Assembly (NCBI RefSeq): GCF_009914755.1
Contig: NC_060946.1
Source of the DNA: the human T2T-CHM13v2.0 reference genome, Homo sapiens
Direction: 5' to 3' (one strand)
DNA length: 64,000 nt
Position numbers and translations under genes: made by a program. The notes beneath the pieces are model-generated. The model saw nothing but the letters and a program-made list of their open reading frames with translations, was not told where the DNA came from and did no database searches. This document shows positions 32,001 to 63,558 of this stretch, one piece after another (within the stretch, counting starts at the first letter, position 1; every line of letters starts with the position of its first letter).

Positions 32001-34319
32001 TTGGGATTCAGTTTTTGAAACAAAACACTGAGCCTTTGATGACCTTCCTGTACTTGTAAAAGCCCACCTGTCTGCATGGCAGCAGTTGGACCTCACAGTG
32101 TGGATTGTGCCTTCACCCTGGAATGTTTATGCCCTATCGCCATGGTGATGGGATTAGGGATCTCCTGCCCTTGGTCCTAAGTGCCACTATCTGTGCTGAG
32201 TTTTTCAAAGGTCAGAGCAGATTGAACCTTTGTGGTTTCATTTTCCCTGATTTTGATTTTTCTTATGGGGAACCTGTGTGGCTGCATTCAAGGTATGTTC
32301 ATACTGGCCTGTCAAATGCGATCTTTTCAAATTACTAGTTAATGCTTTCAAAATATGTTATTTAAAAAATTAGCCTCTGTATTTTCCATATGCAGTTATA
32401 AATATGTTTCATGGTTAGGTTTTATTCCTCAATTTATATATTTGATTATTGTACCAAGCAGAGTATCTTTGAAATTTTTCTTCATTTAAAAAATATGTAT
32501 CTTGACTCAGGCCTGTAATCCCAGCACTTTGGGAGGCCAAGGCAAGAGGATCACAAGGTGAGGAGATCAAGACCATCCTGGCCAATACGGTGAAACCCTG
32601 TCTCTACTAAAAATACAAAAAATTAGCCAGGCATGATGGCAGCTGGTGTAGTCCCAGTGTGAATTGGGATTCAGTTTATTCCCAAATTCCCAAAATATAT
32701 ATATATATATAATATATATTATATTATATATAATTTTATATATATATATTTGTCGGTGCCCTATTTCCCATCTCATAACTTATTTTAAGAAGCCAGCATA
32801 ATAATGTGTGGGCTTGGGATTCAGTTTTTGAAACAAAACACTGAGCCTTTGATGACCTTCCTGTACTTGTAAAAGCCCACCTGTCTGCATGGCAGCAGTT
32901 GGACCTCACAGTGTGGATTGTGCCTTCACCCTGGAATGTTTATGCCCTATCGCCATGGTGATGGGATTAGGGATCTCCTGCCCTTGGTCCTAAGTGCCAC
33001 TATCTGTGCTGAGTTTTTCAAAGGTCAGAGCAGATTGAACCTTTGTGGTTTCATTTTCCCTGATTTTGATTTTTCTTATGGGGAACCTGTGTGGCTGCAT
33101 TCAAGGTATGTTCATACTGGCCTGTCAAATGCGATCTTTTCAAATTACTAGTTAATGCTTTCAAAATATGTTATTTAAAAAATTAGCCTCTGTATTTTCC
33201 ATATGCAGTTATAAATATGTTTCATGGTTAGGTTTTATTCCTCAATTTATATATTTGATTATTGTACCAAGCAGAGTATCTTTGAAATTTTTCTTCATTT
33301 AAAAAATATGTATCTTGACTCAGGCCTGTAATCCCAGCACTTTGGGAGGCCAAGGCAAGAGGATCACAAGGTGAGGAGATCAAGACCATCCTGGCCAATA
33401 CGGTGAAACCCTGTCTCTACTAAAAATACAAAAAATTAGCCAGGCATGATGGCAGCTGGTGTAGTCCCAGTGTGAATTGGGATTCAGTTTATTCCCAAAT
33501 TCCCAAAATATATATATATATATAATATATATTATATTATATATAATTTTATATATATATATTTGTCGGTGCCCTATTTCCCATCTCATAACTTATTTTA
33601 AGAAGCCAGCATAATAATGTGTGGGCTTGGGATTCAGTTTTTGAAACAAAACACTGAGCCTTTGATGACCTTCCTGTACTTGTAAAAGCCCACCTGTCTG
33701 CATGGCAGCAGTTGGACCTCACAGTGTGGATTGTGCCTTCACCCTGGAATGTTTATGCCCTATCGCCATGGTGATGGGATTAGGGATCTCCTGCCCTTGG
33801 TCCTAAGTGCCACTATCTGTGCTGAGTTTTTCAAAGGTCAGAGCAGATTGAACCTTTGTGGTTTCATTTTCCCTGATTTTGATTTTTCTTATGGGGAACC
33901 TGTGTGGCTGCATTCAAGGTATGTTCATACTGGCCTGTCAAATGCGATCTTTTCAAATTACTAGTTAATGCTTTCAAAATATGTTATTTAAAAAATTAGC
34001 CTCTGTATTTTCCATATGCAGTTATAAATATGTTTCATGGTTAGGTTTTATTCCTCAATTTATATATTTGATTATTGTACCAAGCAGAGTATCTTTGAAA
34101 TTTTTCTTCATTTAAAAAATATGTATCTTGACTCAGGCCTGTAATCCCAGCACTTTGGGAGGCCAAGGCAAGAGGATCACAAGGTGAGGAGATCAAGACC
34201 ATCCTGGCCAATACGGTGAAACCCTGTCTCTACTAAAAATACAAAAAATTAGCCAGGCATGATGGCAGCTGGTGTAGTCCCAGTGTGAATTGGGATTCAG
34301 TTTATTCCCAAACTCCCAA

Positions 34320-34321
<2 letters not shown>
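14051..34321. repeat. Tandem array of 25 x 813-bp units (HSATI ~570 bp + truncated Alu ~155 bp + junction + AT spacer); HSat1B/DYZ2-like composite satellite
   Basis: Identical ORF-track entries recur every 813 bp from 14219 to 33731 (24 intervals, 25 copies); the units read as identical apart from rare substitutions. Confidence 0.97.
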
Positions 34322-34360
<39 letters not shown>

Positions 34361-34516
34361 TATATAATATATTATATATATTATATATTACATAATATAT
34401 ATTATATAATATATATTATGTATATATTATATAATATTTATATATATTATATATAATATATAATTATATATTATATATATTATATAATATATAATTATTT
34501 ACATAATATATACAAA
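34322..34516. repeat. AT-rich spacer beginning with a (TA)n run
   Basis: (TA)n followed by A/T low-complexity DNA between the array and the palindrome. Confidence 0.9.
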
Positions 34517-35111
34517 ATTGTGTGAAAAGCCTCCAACGGATCCATACTACTGTGGCTTTGTTCCAAAGTTTTGGAAAGTAATGATTTCATAGGTTCTTAA
34601 TTGGATTAAAAACTGCATTAAAATAGACTTTGCCATATTCTCCCCTGGGGAATAACTTAAACTGTGGGGTGGGGGATGGAACGTTGAAGGATGCAGGATG
34701 TAAAAGGAAATTATATATATATTATATATATTATATATTATATATTATATATATTTTATATATCATATATTATATATTATATATTAAATATATTATATAA
34801 TATATATTATAAATATTATAATATATATTATATAATATATAATATATATAATATATAATATATGATATATAAAATATATATAATATATAATATATAATAT
34901 ATATAATATATATATAATTTCCTTTTACATCCTGCATCCTTCAACGTTCCATCCCCCACCCCACAGTTTAAGTTATTCCCCAGGGGAGAATATGGCAAAG
35001 TCTATTTTAATGCAGTTTTTAATCCAATTAAGAACCTATGAAATCATTACTTTCCAAAACTTTGGAACAAAGCCACAGTAGTATGGATCCGTTGGAGGCT
35101 TTTCACACAAT
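34517..35111. repeat. Palindromic AT-rich repeat, 595 bp (PATRR22)
   Basis: The left arm attgtgtgaaaagcctccaacggatcc... is the reverse complement of the right arm ...ggatccgttggaggcttttcacacaat. Arms are 296 bp around a 3-nt centre at 34813-34815. I found a 3-nt mismatch at 34785-87 versus 34841-43. Size and context fit PATRR22. Confidence 0.93.
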
Positions 35112-35840
35112 AAAATGTACCTCTCTTTGTTTTTAACATGTTTTTCCCTTCCTCTCTTCTTTTTTTGTGAAATGTGTATTTACTTTAATATATTTGTAGT
35201 AAGTCACTTCCATGCACATATTAATTTTTTAAAGTAATAAGTATGTGTATTGTCTACGTGTGAAAGAAAACACACATTTATTTTTATGCTTTGGAAGTTA
35301 TCCAGAATCATGGAATTGTCAATCACAGTCAATCACCCAACCTACTCACCTTTCCAGTGTAATCTTAGTCAAATTTTTTTTTGTTATCCAATGAGATGCA
35401 GTATTTCAACTCAGAAAGATAAATAGAGTGAATTTATAGAGACTATTAACTAAGAACATACAGTTTTATTTATACTCAGAAGCAAGTAGATTATGTACAT
35501 ATATATGAAGATAAAAATTAAAAGGATAATTGTGTAAATTTGCATGTAGAGAGCTTTGAAAACCTGTTTACTTGTTAATGCTGTTTTGATGTATTGTGTC
35601 TTTGTTCTCCCGACCCATCATCCAGAGCTCTCTGCAGGAGCTAAGTGCTCATCAGTTCCATGATTTGGAAACTGTCTAAGTTTAGAGGCACTTGTATTTG
35701 TTAGTAAATAAGGCAAGATGATATTGTTTCACAGGTTTTAGTGCAGAAGACTGAATAGATAAGCTGCTCCACCCAGTACACTGGTGTTCATTTCATGGTC
35801 ATCTCATCTGTTAACCATGGATATAAAACATTTATCTTCA

Positions 35841-35955
35841 ATGATGGGGTTTTACCATGTTGGTCAGGCTGGTCTCGAACTCCTGACCTCAAATGATCCA
35901 CCCACCTCCACCTTCCAAACTGCTGGGATTACAGGTGTGAGCCACTATGCCTGAC
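35841..35955 (-). mobile_element. Alu left-monomer fragment
   Basis: gatggggttttaccatgttggtcaggctggtctcgaactcctgacctc...gattacaggtgtgagccac. Confidence 0.85.
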
Positions 35956-36463
35956 TGATTATTTTCATAACCAAGAAAAGAAATAAATACAATTAATGCT
36001 GGTGCATGGTATTAAATCTAGTTTTTAAAAAATTCACACATAAACAAGGCAGAACCCTATACCCTCCATGATAAATGCAGTAGCAGTGTATGTGGGTCTG
36101 TGGAGGTTGAAAGGGACTTGGTAGATGTCAAGAAGGTAGTGGCAGTCCTGCTGGGCTTTTAAAGGGTCTGAAGAAGTGACAGGATGCTGTGGTTGAATCC
36201 TAGCATGTATTTTAGCATTTGTTCATTTGGAGTTGATTATTTCACGTTGCTTTCATTTGCCATTACCTGGAAAGCCAAGGGCTCTACTCTCATTTCCTTG
36301 CTGCTCTTTCTTTGCCTTCCTTGGTCCGTGAAGAAGATGGTCCAGGAGAAGCTCATTCCATGCTTGTTAACCAGGCACGCCCCTAAGTTCCAGTCCCTGA
36401 GTCATTCATGAGTAGCACTGCCAATGAACTGACAGCCATGCTGTGTCCCTCCACATCCCCTAG

Positions 36464-54058
<17,595 letters not shown>

Positions 54059-57000
54059 CGAGGTCGCTGCCCAGGGCATCGCTACCGAGGATGTCGCCGA
54101 CGGCATCGCTAAGGACGCCGCCCATGGCATCACTAAAGAGGAGGCCGCCCAGGCCATCGCTAAGCAGGATGCCGCCCACAGCATCACTAACGAGGATGCC
54201 GCCCAGGGCGTCGCTAACGAGGACGCCGCCCACGGCGTCGCTAACGAGGACGCCGCCCAGGGCGTCGCTAACGAGGTCGCCGCCCAGGGCGTCGCTAACG
54301 AGGACGCCGTCCACGGCGTCGCTAACGAGGACGCCGTCCAGGGCGTCGCTAACGAGGTCGAAGTCCAGGGCATCGCACACAAGGACGCCATCCAGGGCAT
54401 CGCTAACGAGGATGCCGCCCACGGCATCGCTAACGAGGTCGCCGCCCACGGCATCGCGAACGAGGACGCTGCCCAGGGCATCGCGAACGAGGACGCTGCC
54501 CAGGGCATCGCTAACGAGGTCGCCGCCCATGGCATCTCTAAGGAGGACGCCGTCCAGGGCATCGCGAACGAGGACGCCGCCCAGGGCATCGCGAACGAGG
54601 ACGCCGCCCAGGGCATCGCACACGAGGACGCCGTCCAGGGCATTGCTAACGAGGACGCCGTCCACGGCGTCGCTAAAGAGGTTGCCGCCCACGGCGTCGC
54701 TAACGAGGACCCCGTCCAGGGCGTCGCTAACGAGGACGCCGTCCAGGGCGTCGCTAACGAGGTTGAAGTCCAGGGTGTCGCACACGAGGACGCCGTCCAG
54801 GGCATCGCTAACGAGGACGCCGCCCACGGCATCGCTAACGAGGTCGCCGCCCACGGCATCGCGAACGAGGATGCCGCCCAGGGCATCGCGAACGAGGACG
54901 CCGCCCAGGGCATCGCACACGAGGACGCCGTCCAGGGCATCGCTAACGAGGACGCCGTCCACGGCGTCGCTAAAGAGGTCGCCGCCCACGGCGTCGCTAA
55001 CGAGGATGCCGCCCACGCGATCGCTAAGCCGGACGCCGCCCGCGGCATCGCTAACGAGGTCGCCGCCCAGGGCATCGCTACCGAGGATGTCGCCGACGGC
55101 ATCGCTAACGAGGACGCCGCCCACGGCGTCGCTAACGAGGTCGCCGCCCACGGCATCTCTAAGGAGGACGCTGTCCAGGGCATCGCGAACGAGGACGCCG
55201 CCCAGGGCATCGCTAAGGAGGACGCCGTCCAGGGCATCGCGAACGAGGACGCCGCCCAGGGCATCGCTAAGGAGGACCCCGTCCAGGGCGTCGCTAACGA
55301 GGACCCCATCCAAGGCGTCGCTAACGAGGTTGAAGTCCAGGGCGTCGCACACGAGGACGCCGTCCAGGGCATCGCTAACGAGGACGCCGCCCACGGCATC
55401 GCCAACGAGGACGCTGCCCAGGGCATCGCGAACGAGGACGCCGCCCAGGACATCGCAAACGAGGACGCCGCCCAGGGCATCTCTAAGGAGGACGCCGTCC
55501 AGGGCATCGCGAACGAGGACGCCGCCCAGGGCATCGCTAAGGAGGACCCCGTCCAGGGCGTCGCTAACGAGGACGCCGTCCAGGGCGTCGCTAACGAGGT
55601 TGAAGTCCAGGGCGTCGCACACGAGGACGCCGTCCAGGGCATCGCTAACGAGGACGCCGCCCACGGCATCGCTAACGAGGTCGCCGCCCACGGCATCGCG
55701 AACGAGGACGCCGCCCAGGGCATCGCGAACGAGGACGCCGCCCAGGGCATCGCACACGAGGACGCCGTCCAGGGCATCGCTAACGAGGACGCCGTCCACG
55801 GCGTCGCTAAAGAGGTCGCCGCCCACGGCGTCGCTAACGAGGATGCCGCCCACGCGATCGCTAAGCCGGACGCCGCCCGCGGCATCGCTAACGAGGTCGC
55901 CACCCAGGGCATCGCTACCGAGGATGTCGCCGACGGCATCGCTAACGAGGACGCCGCCCACGGCGTCGCTAACGAGGTCGCCGCCCAGGGCATCGCTAAC
56001 GAGGTCGCCGTCCACGGCGTCGCTATCGAGGACGCCGTCCAGGGCGTCGTTAAAGAGGTCACCGCCCACGGCGTCGCTAACGAGGACGCCGTCCAGGGCG
56101 TCGTTAACGAGGATGCCCTCCACAGCGTCGTCGCTAACGAGGATGCCGCCCAAGCGATCGCTAAGCCGGACGCCGCCCATGGCATCGCTAACGAGGTCGC
56201 CGCCCACAGCATCGCGAACAAGGACGCTGCCCAGGGCATCGCGAACCAGGACGCCGCCCAGGGCATCGCTAACGAGGTCGCCGCCCACGGCATCTCTAAG
56301 GAGGACGCCGTCCAGGGCATCGCGAACGAGGACGCCGCCCAGGGCATCGCGAACGAGGACGCCGCCCAGGGCATCGCACACGAGGACGCCGTCCAGGGCA
56401 TTGCTAACGAGGACGCCGTCCACGGCGTCGCTAAAGAGGTCGCCGCCCACGGCGTCGCTAACGAGGACCCCGTCCAGGGCGTCGCTAACGAGGACGCCGT
56501 CCAGGGCGTCGCTAACGAGGTTGAAGTCCAGGGCGTCGCACACGAGGACGCCGTCCAGGGCATCGCTAACGAAGACGCCGCCCACGGCATCACTAACGAG
56601 GTCGCCGCCCACGGCATCGCGAACGAGGACGCCGCCCAGGGCATCGCACACGAGGACGCCGTCCAGGGCATCGCTAACGAGGACGCCGTCCACAGCGTCG
56701 CTAAAGAGGTCGCCGCCCATGGCGTCGCTAACGAGGATGCCGCCCACGCGATCGCTAAGCCGGACGCCGCCCGCGGCATCGCTAACGAGGTTGCCGCCCA
56801 GGGCATCGCTACCGAGGATGTCGCCGACGGCATCCCTAACGAGGACGCCGCCCACGGCGTCGCTAACGAGGTCGCCGCCCACGGCATCTCTAAGGAGGAC
56901 GCCGTCCAGGGCATCGCGAACGAGGACGCCGCCCAGGGCATCGCTAAGGAGGACCCCATCCAGGGCGTCGCTAACGAGGTTGAAGTCCAGGGCGTCGCAC

Positions 57001-58588
57001 ACGAGGACGCCGTCCAGGGCATCGCTAACGAGGACGCCGCCCACGGCATCGCCAACGAGGACGCTGCCCAGGGCATCGCGAACGAGGACGCCGCCCAGGA
57101 CATCGCAAACGAGGACGCTGCCCAGGGCATCTCTAAGGAGGACGCCGTCCAGGGCATCGCGAACCAGGACGCCGCCCAGGGCATCGCTAAGGAGGACGCC
57201 GTCCAGGGCATCGCTAACGAGGACGCCGCCCAGGGCATCGCTAACGAGGTCGCCGCCCACGGCATCGCGAACGAGGACGCCGCCCAGGGCATCGCGAACG
57301 AGGACGCCGCCCAGGGCATTGCACACGAGGACGCCGTCCAGGGCATCGCTAACGAGGACGCCGTCCACGGCGTCGCTAACGAGGATGCCGCCCACGCGAT
57401 CGCTAAGCCGGACGCCGCCCGCGGCATCGCTAACGAGGTCGCCGCCCAGGGCATCGCTACCGAGGATGTCGCCGACGGCATCGCTAACGAGGACGCCGCC
57501 CACGGCGTCGCTAACGAGGATGCCGCCCAAGCGATCGCTAAGCCGGACGCCGCCCATGGCATCGCTAACGAGGTCGCCGTCCACAGCATCGCTATCGAGG
57601 ACACCACACCGTCCAGGGCGTGGCTAACGAAGTCGCTGCCCAGGGCATTGCTACCGAGGATGTCGCCGACGGCATCGCTGAGGACGCCGTCCAGGGCATC
57701 ACTAACGAGGAGGCCGCCCAGGCCATCGCTAAGCAGGACGCCGCCCACGGCATCACTAAGGAGGACGCCGCCCAGGGCGTCACTAACGAGGTCGCCGCCC
57801 AGGGCGTCGCTAACGAGGACGCCGCCCACGGCGTCGCTAACGAGGTCGCCGCCCACGGCGTCGCTAACGAGGACGCCGCCCAGGGCGTCGCTAACGAGGT
57901 CGCCGCCCAGGGCGTCGCTAACGAGGACGCCGTCCAGGGCGTCGCTAACGAGGTCGAAGTCCAGGGCATCGCACACAAGGACGCCATCCAGGGCATCGCT
58001 AACGAGGACGCCGCCCAGGGCGTCGCTAACGAGGTCGCCGCCCACGGCGTCGCTAACGAGGATGCCGCCCAGGGCGTCGCTAACGAGGTCGCCGCCCAGG
58101 GCGTCGCTAACGAGGACGCCGCCCAGGGCGTCGCTAACGAGGTCGCCGTCCACGGCGTCGCTAATGAGGACGCCGCCCGGCACATGGCTAAGGAGGACGC
58201 CGCCCAGGGCATCGCTAACGAGGACGCCGCCCACGGCATCGCTAACGAGGACGCCGTACACGGCATCGCTAATGAGGATGCCGTATATGACATCGCTAAT
58301 GACACCGTACAAGGCACGCTAACGAGGACACTGTACAGGACATCGCTAATGAGGACACCATACAAGGCATCGGTAATGAGGACGCTGTATACGACATCGC
58401 TAACGAGGACACCCTACAAGCCGTCGCTAACAAGGACACTGTACACAACATCGCTAATGAGGGCACCATACAAGACATCACCAATGAGGGCGCTTTATAC
58501 GACATTGCTAATGATACCGACAAGGCACGCTAACGCGGACACTGTACACGACATCGCTAATGAGGACACCGTATAAGACATCGCTAGT

Positions 58589-58857
58589 AACTATCGCAAG
58601 AACAAAAAACCAAACACTGCATATTCTCACTCATAGGTGGGAATTGAACAATGAGATCACATGGACACAGGAAGGGGAATATCACACTCTGGGGACTGTT
58701 GTGGGGTGGGGGGGGGAGGGATAGCATCGGGAGATATACCTAATGCTAGATGACGAGTTAGTGCGTGCAGCACACCAGCATGGCACATGTATACATATGT
58801 AACTAGCCTGCACAATGTGCACATGTACCCTAAAACTTAAAGTATAATAAAAAAAAA
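58589..58857 (+). mobile_element. L1PA2-like 3' end (~270 bp) inserted in the VNTR edge
   Basis: Young L1 3' UTR with gatgacGAGttagtg (not the Ta ACA) and aacttaaagtataataaa; TSD aagacatcgctagt/aagacattgctagt. Confidence 0.88.
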
Positions 58858-58967
58858 AAGACATTGCTAGTGAGCACACTGTATACGACATCGCTAATGA
58901 GGATGCTATATATGACATCGCTGATGAGGACGTTGTACACGACATCACTAATGAGGACACCATACAG

Positions 58968-59603
<636 letters not shown>

Positions 59604-59938
59604 TCAGCAAAGGCTTCACAGGATAGGAAAAGGCCATGAGTATGAAAACATGAGTGGGGGGTTGGCCTAGATGGTAAACGAGGAGAGGACAATACGGCCA
59701 GGAAGTGCATGTGCACAGCAGACGGGAGATGGAGGGCACGGCTGATTGGCAGCTACCTGTACTTTAATATTCCTGGAGTGTGACGTGTGAGGCAAACATG
59801 GGGTGGTGGGGTGAGTGCTGGAGATGAGGCAGACAGTGAGCCATCAGCATGTTAGTAACAGGGGAATCCATGGGCGTTTCATGCAGCTCCAAGGACCCTA
59901 TGTGAGCTCATCAGACTCCAATTACCCAAATCTGTTTC

Positions 59939-59992
59939 TTACCAGTGGTAGTTAGGATTTCCGTAGGTACACTGGATGTCTTCCCAGGACAC
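59939..59992 (-). CDS. USP41: USP18-paralogue exon VSWEDIQCTYGNPNYHW; stops at TAA if the donor at 59942 is read through
   Basis: Acceptor ttccag at 59993; translation matches the USP18 penultimate coding exon; ends CAC TG|gtaag. Confidence 0.85.
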   Translation of the reverse strand: MSWEDIQCTYGNPNYHW

Positions 59993-60503
59993 CTGGAAGC
60001 CAGAAACAAATGGGGTCAAGCAGCCAGCTGACACAAGCACCCACAGAGGACAGGACACTATAATGTGCCCCTCATCCTCCAGACAAGCCCACCCCTAGCA
60101 ACTCCCAAGAGCCTGGAGCAACAGCAGCAGGATGTCTTGTGCAGTGAAGTATGTTTAGCGCCCTTGTCCCTGTGTTTAAACTTGGTCATGCTTTTCCCAG
60201 AGGCCTAACTTACATATTTCTAACTCTCCTTGCTCTCTAGACATTTCCCACAAAGCAGGAAGCTGCAGAGCATGAGCCTAGAGCACCAAAAACTTAGAAG
60301 TGAAGTGAATTGAACCCTTGCAGAGGTGCAAACCACATGGGGACTTCAGACCGAAAAAGGCTTGAACCCTCATCAAAGGCCCCACACCCAGACAGCAGGA
60401 TCACAGTGTGTCTTGATCTCAGAGACCCAGGCAGCCCTGAGCCCAGCATTTGCTAGAGGTGGCCAATCCAGGGCAGGAGGCAATTGTGGATGATGTTTCT
60501 TAC

Positions 60504-60635
60504 CAAGCAAATATTGGAGTCATTGAAGCAGAACCATTTTCCATCCACAGCACTCCGGATGTAGACACAGTAATGACCGGAGTCTGCCATTCCCACGTGC
60601 GCAATCACAGCAAAAAGCTCATACTGCCCTCCAGA
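60504..60635 (-). CDS. USP41: USP18-paralogue His-box exon SGGQYELFAVIAHVGMADSGHYCVYIRSAVDGKWFCFNDSNICL
   Basis: 132 nt, AG/GT bounded, with the USP His-box (GHY...WFCFNDS). Confidence 0.92.
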
Positions 60636-61269
60636 CTGGAAAGAGACAGGCACGAGACAGTTCACCCACCACCACAAACACGACTGCCTCACACATTTAT
60701 ACCTGTCCACCCGAGGCCCAACTCTGGGACTTTAGAATATTAGAAAACAGTCCTGACCCACGGCCAGTGGGCACCCTCCAGGAGGGGCTTTCCTGAGTGT
60801 GGATCCTGAACTGTGAAGGCTCAGCAGCTTGGCAGGGCAGAGCACACAAGAGATGGAAGGCATGAGGTCATGAGAGAGGCCCCCAAAGCCAAGGCAAGAT
60901 TAGAACTTTCCCCTGGGAGGGGTGGGGATCATCAGAACACAGTTCTGTTTCTCCACAAGCCCAGGAATGACCCTAACCTGAGCCACCGTACCCAGCCAAA
61001 AAAGTCTTTTGTAGGGGGAGGGGAGACAGAGGGCAAGGGCGGCACACGCAAAGCTGAGTCACCCACAGTGGAGGCTGAAATTATCCCTATTTCCATTTGC
61101 AGACTTTGTGCAGAACTTTACAAAATGCAGGGCAATATCTGTATCTAAATATTAGTTTACAAGAAATAAAAGGGTTATAGATGATGTTAAAAGATATCAA
61201 CCAGCCAGTGCTGGCATATGAAAAAAATATTCAACCAAATCAACTGCAAGGAAAAGAAAAGGAGCGGAA

Positions 61270-61660
61270 ATCTAAAAGGAACTCAAGAAAAGAAAGAAAC
61301 TTAACCAAATGCAAGTGTAGGCGTTGTTTGGATCTAGAGTCAAACAAACCACATAGATTACACAACAGTCAGGAAGTCTGAACGTTAACCAGATATTTGA
61401 TGCTATTAAGGAATTGCAAGATGGAGATGATTATCTTTTAAGTGCTTATTCTTTAGTGATACATAATGAAGTGTTTATAAATGAAATAGTATGATGTCTG
61501 GGATTTGCTTCAAAAAAATCCAGTACAGGGTTGGGTGAAACAAGAGGGTGGGTTATAGGAAAAGCAAGACCTGCCATGCGTTTTGGTAACTGTTACAGCC
61601 AAGGATTCACTGTCTAACTCTTCCTTCACTACACACTTTGGTATCTATTTGTAATGTTCC
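61270..61660 (+). mobile_element. Old L1ME-type 3' fragment
   Basis: tgatgctattaaggaatt; gatgtctgggatttgcttcaaaa; tttgtaatgttccataa. Confidence 0.6.
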
Positions 61661-61671
61661 ATAACAAAGTC

Positions 61672-61797
61672 TTTTTTGTTGTTGTTGCAAAGATGGAGTC
61701 TTGCTTTGTTGTCCAGCTGGGCTCGACTCCTGGACTCCAGCAATCCTCTTGGCCCCGCAAAGAGCTGGGATTACAGGTGTGACCCACTGCATCCAGC
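61672..61797 (-). mobile_element. Alu monomer (FLAM-like)
   Basis: gatggagtcttgctttgttgtccagctgg...gggattacaggtgtga. Confidence 0.75.
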
Positions 61798-62122
61798 CAA
61801 AAAAGTCTTTTTTAAGTGAAAAACAATTTTAAATGTACTTCATCGGGTAGAATCTGCAGGTAGAAATAAAAAGAACTAGAAGGAAAGAAAAAGAGAATCC
61901 TATGAAATGTATACGGCCTAAGTAGGGAAAGAAATCATGTTATAATAGGAGCTATTGTAACGTATTATCAGGTCTTAATTTTCTAAATGTCATGGTTCTA
62001 GAGCATAAATAGCCAAACAGACCAATAAAACAGAAGAGACACTCCAAAAATAGACCCGTACATATAGAAATACAAAATTTGTTATGTAGCATTTCAAATC
62101 TATGGAAAAAAAGATATTTGTG

Positions 62123-62123
<1 letters not shown>

Positions 62124-62156
<33 letters not shown>

Positions 62157-62457
62157 TTTTTCTTGTTTTGTTTTTAGAGACGGGGTCTTGCGCTGTCACC
62201 CAGGCTGGAGTACAATGATAGATCATAGCTCACTGCAGCCTCAAACTCCTGGGCTCAAGTGATCCTCCAACTCAGCCTCCCAAGTAGCTGGGACTAAAGG
62301 TTTGTGCTACCACACCCAGCTAATTTTTTTTTTTTTTTTGAGAGACGGGGGTCTCATTATGTTGCTGAAGCTGGTCTCGAACTCCTGGGCTCAAGCAATC
62401 CTCCTGCCTCAGCCTTTTGAGGTGTGGGATCACAGGCATGAGCCACATCACCTGGCC
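62124..62457 (-). mobile_element. AluJ
   Basis: Poly-T, gatcatagctcactgcagcctcaaactcctgggctcaag and a second monomer. Confidence 0.88.
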
Positions 62458-62885
62458 TTGTGTCTCTTTTTTTCTCAGAATCTCTTGATAAGTTATTATC
62501 TCAGGACAAGTGAATTAAACTTTACTCTGATTAAATGTGGTCCAGTCAACTGGCTACTTTATGATTATCCTCAAAGTGGGCACAGGCCATCTGAGGAAGA
62601 AAGTTTGGTTGGTACTATGAACCCACAATGACATGTTTGCCTATGCATTTCTATGTATTCCACATTATTTCCAAAGAAGCCTACTGAATTCTGGATTCTG
62701 TCCCTCAGTGCTGTGAGGCATATGAACACAAATCCAATATTTAGAAAGAAGAAAGGCTTTTGAGGCTGGGGACAGTCTCTGAGGAACAGGTGGCTCCTAG
62801 CAGACTGGGGGTGAAGGAAGGGAAAACAGAAAGGACATGGCATCTGGGGAGAGGCAGGATGGCAAGGAGGTCGGGATCATCCCAC

Positions 62886-63053
62886 CTGCTCCTCAGCATC
62901 ACAAGACTCTCGCTTCATTGGAAGGATCTGGCTGAAATCCAAGCTCTGGGGGAAGTACAGGGAGTGGCAGATCTTTCTCGTCTGTGAATTCCTGATGGAG
63001 AATCGCATGAGGTGGATTGTCAGGGTCTGGGGCAAATGGGTCAGCTTCAAGAC
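62886..63053 (-). CDS. USP41: USP18-paralogue exon VLKLTHLPQTLTIHLMRFSIRNSQTRKICHSLYFPQSLDFSQILPMKRESCDAEEQ
   Basis: 168 nt, AG/GT bounded, phase 0-0, with the USP box LPQTLTIHLMRF. Confidence 0.92.
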
Positions 63054-63558
63054 CTGAAAAATCAAAATCACTCTGGAGATGAAGTCCACTTGGAATGAGA
63101 GAGTCAGAGAAATGTCAGGGCTAGCAACGCGTTCTTCCCAAAAAGAGGGGAGCAGGGCGACATCATGGAGTTCAAGGCTCCTGTTCACTGAATCTGCTGA
63201 GCTCCTCTGAGAATAATGCAAAACTTGGCTATTCTACCACCATGTGGCCCCCCACAAGAGGCACAAGGGCACAGGGCTCTGCACAGGTACCAGGACCCAG
63301 GGAGCCACCACGTCTGCTCCAGGGAGCTGGTCTCGCCCCGAGGGAAATGCCCTGCCCGCTGCTCTCAGGCCCCCTCCTGCAGTCCCTCTCAGTGATGCGA
63401 CATGAGAAGCCACATCCACGGCTCCAGATATCAGAACCACAGCGTCCCAGATACTAGCCAGACCCAGATTCCCTTTCTCACCCATCATGGGATGTCCTCG
63501 GGGCCTCTGATGATTCTATCAGGAAATCCACGGGGGGCAACCCCAGACTAGTGAAGGA

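Noticed and set aside
14051-34321. CRISPR-like or prokaryotic repeat-array interpretation
   Set aside because: The units are wholly identical with no unique spacers, contain Alu sequence, and no cas genes are present.
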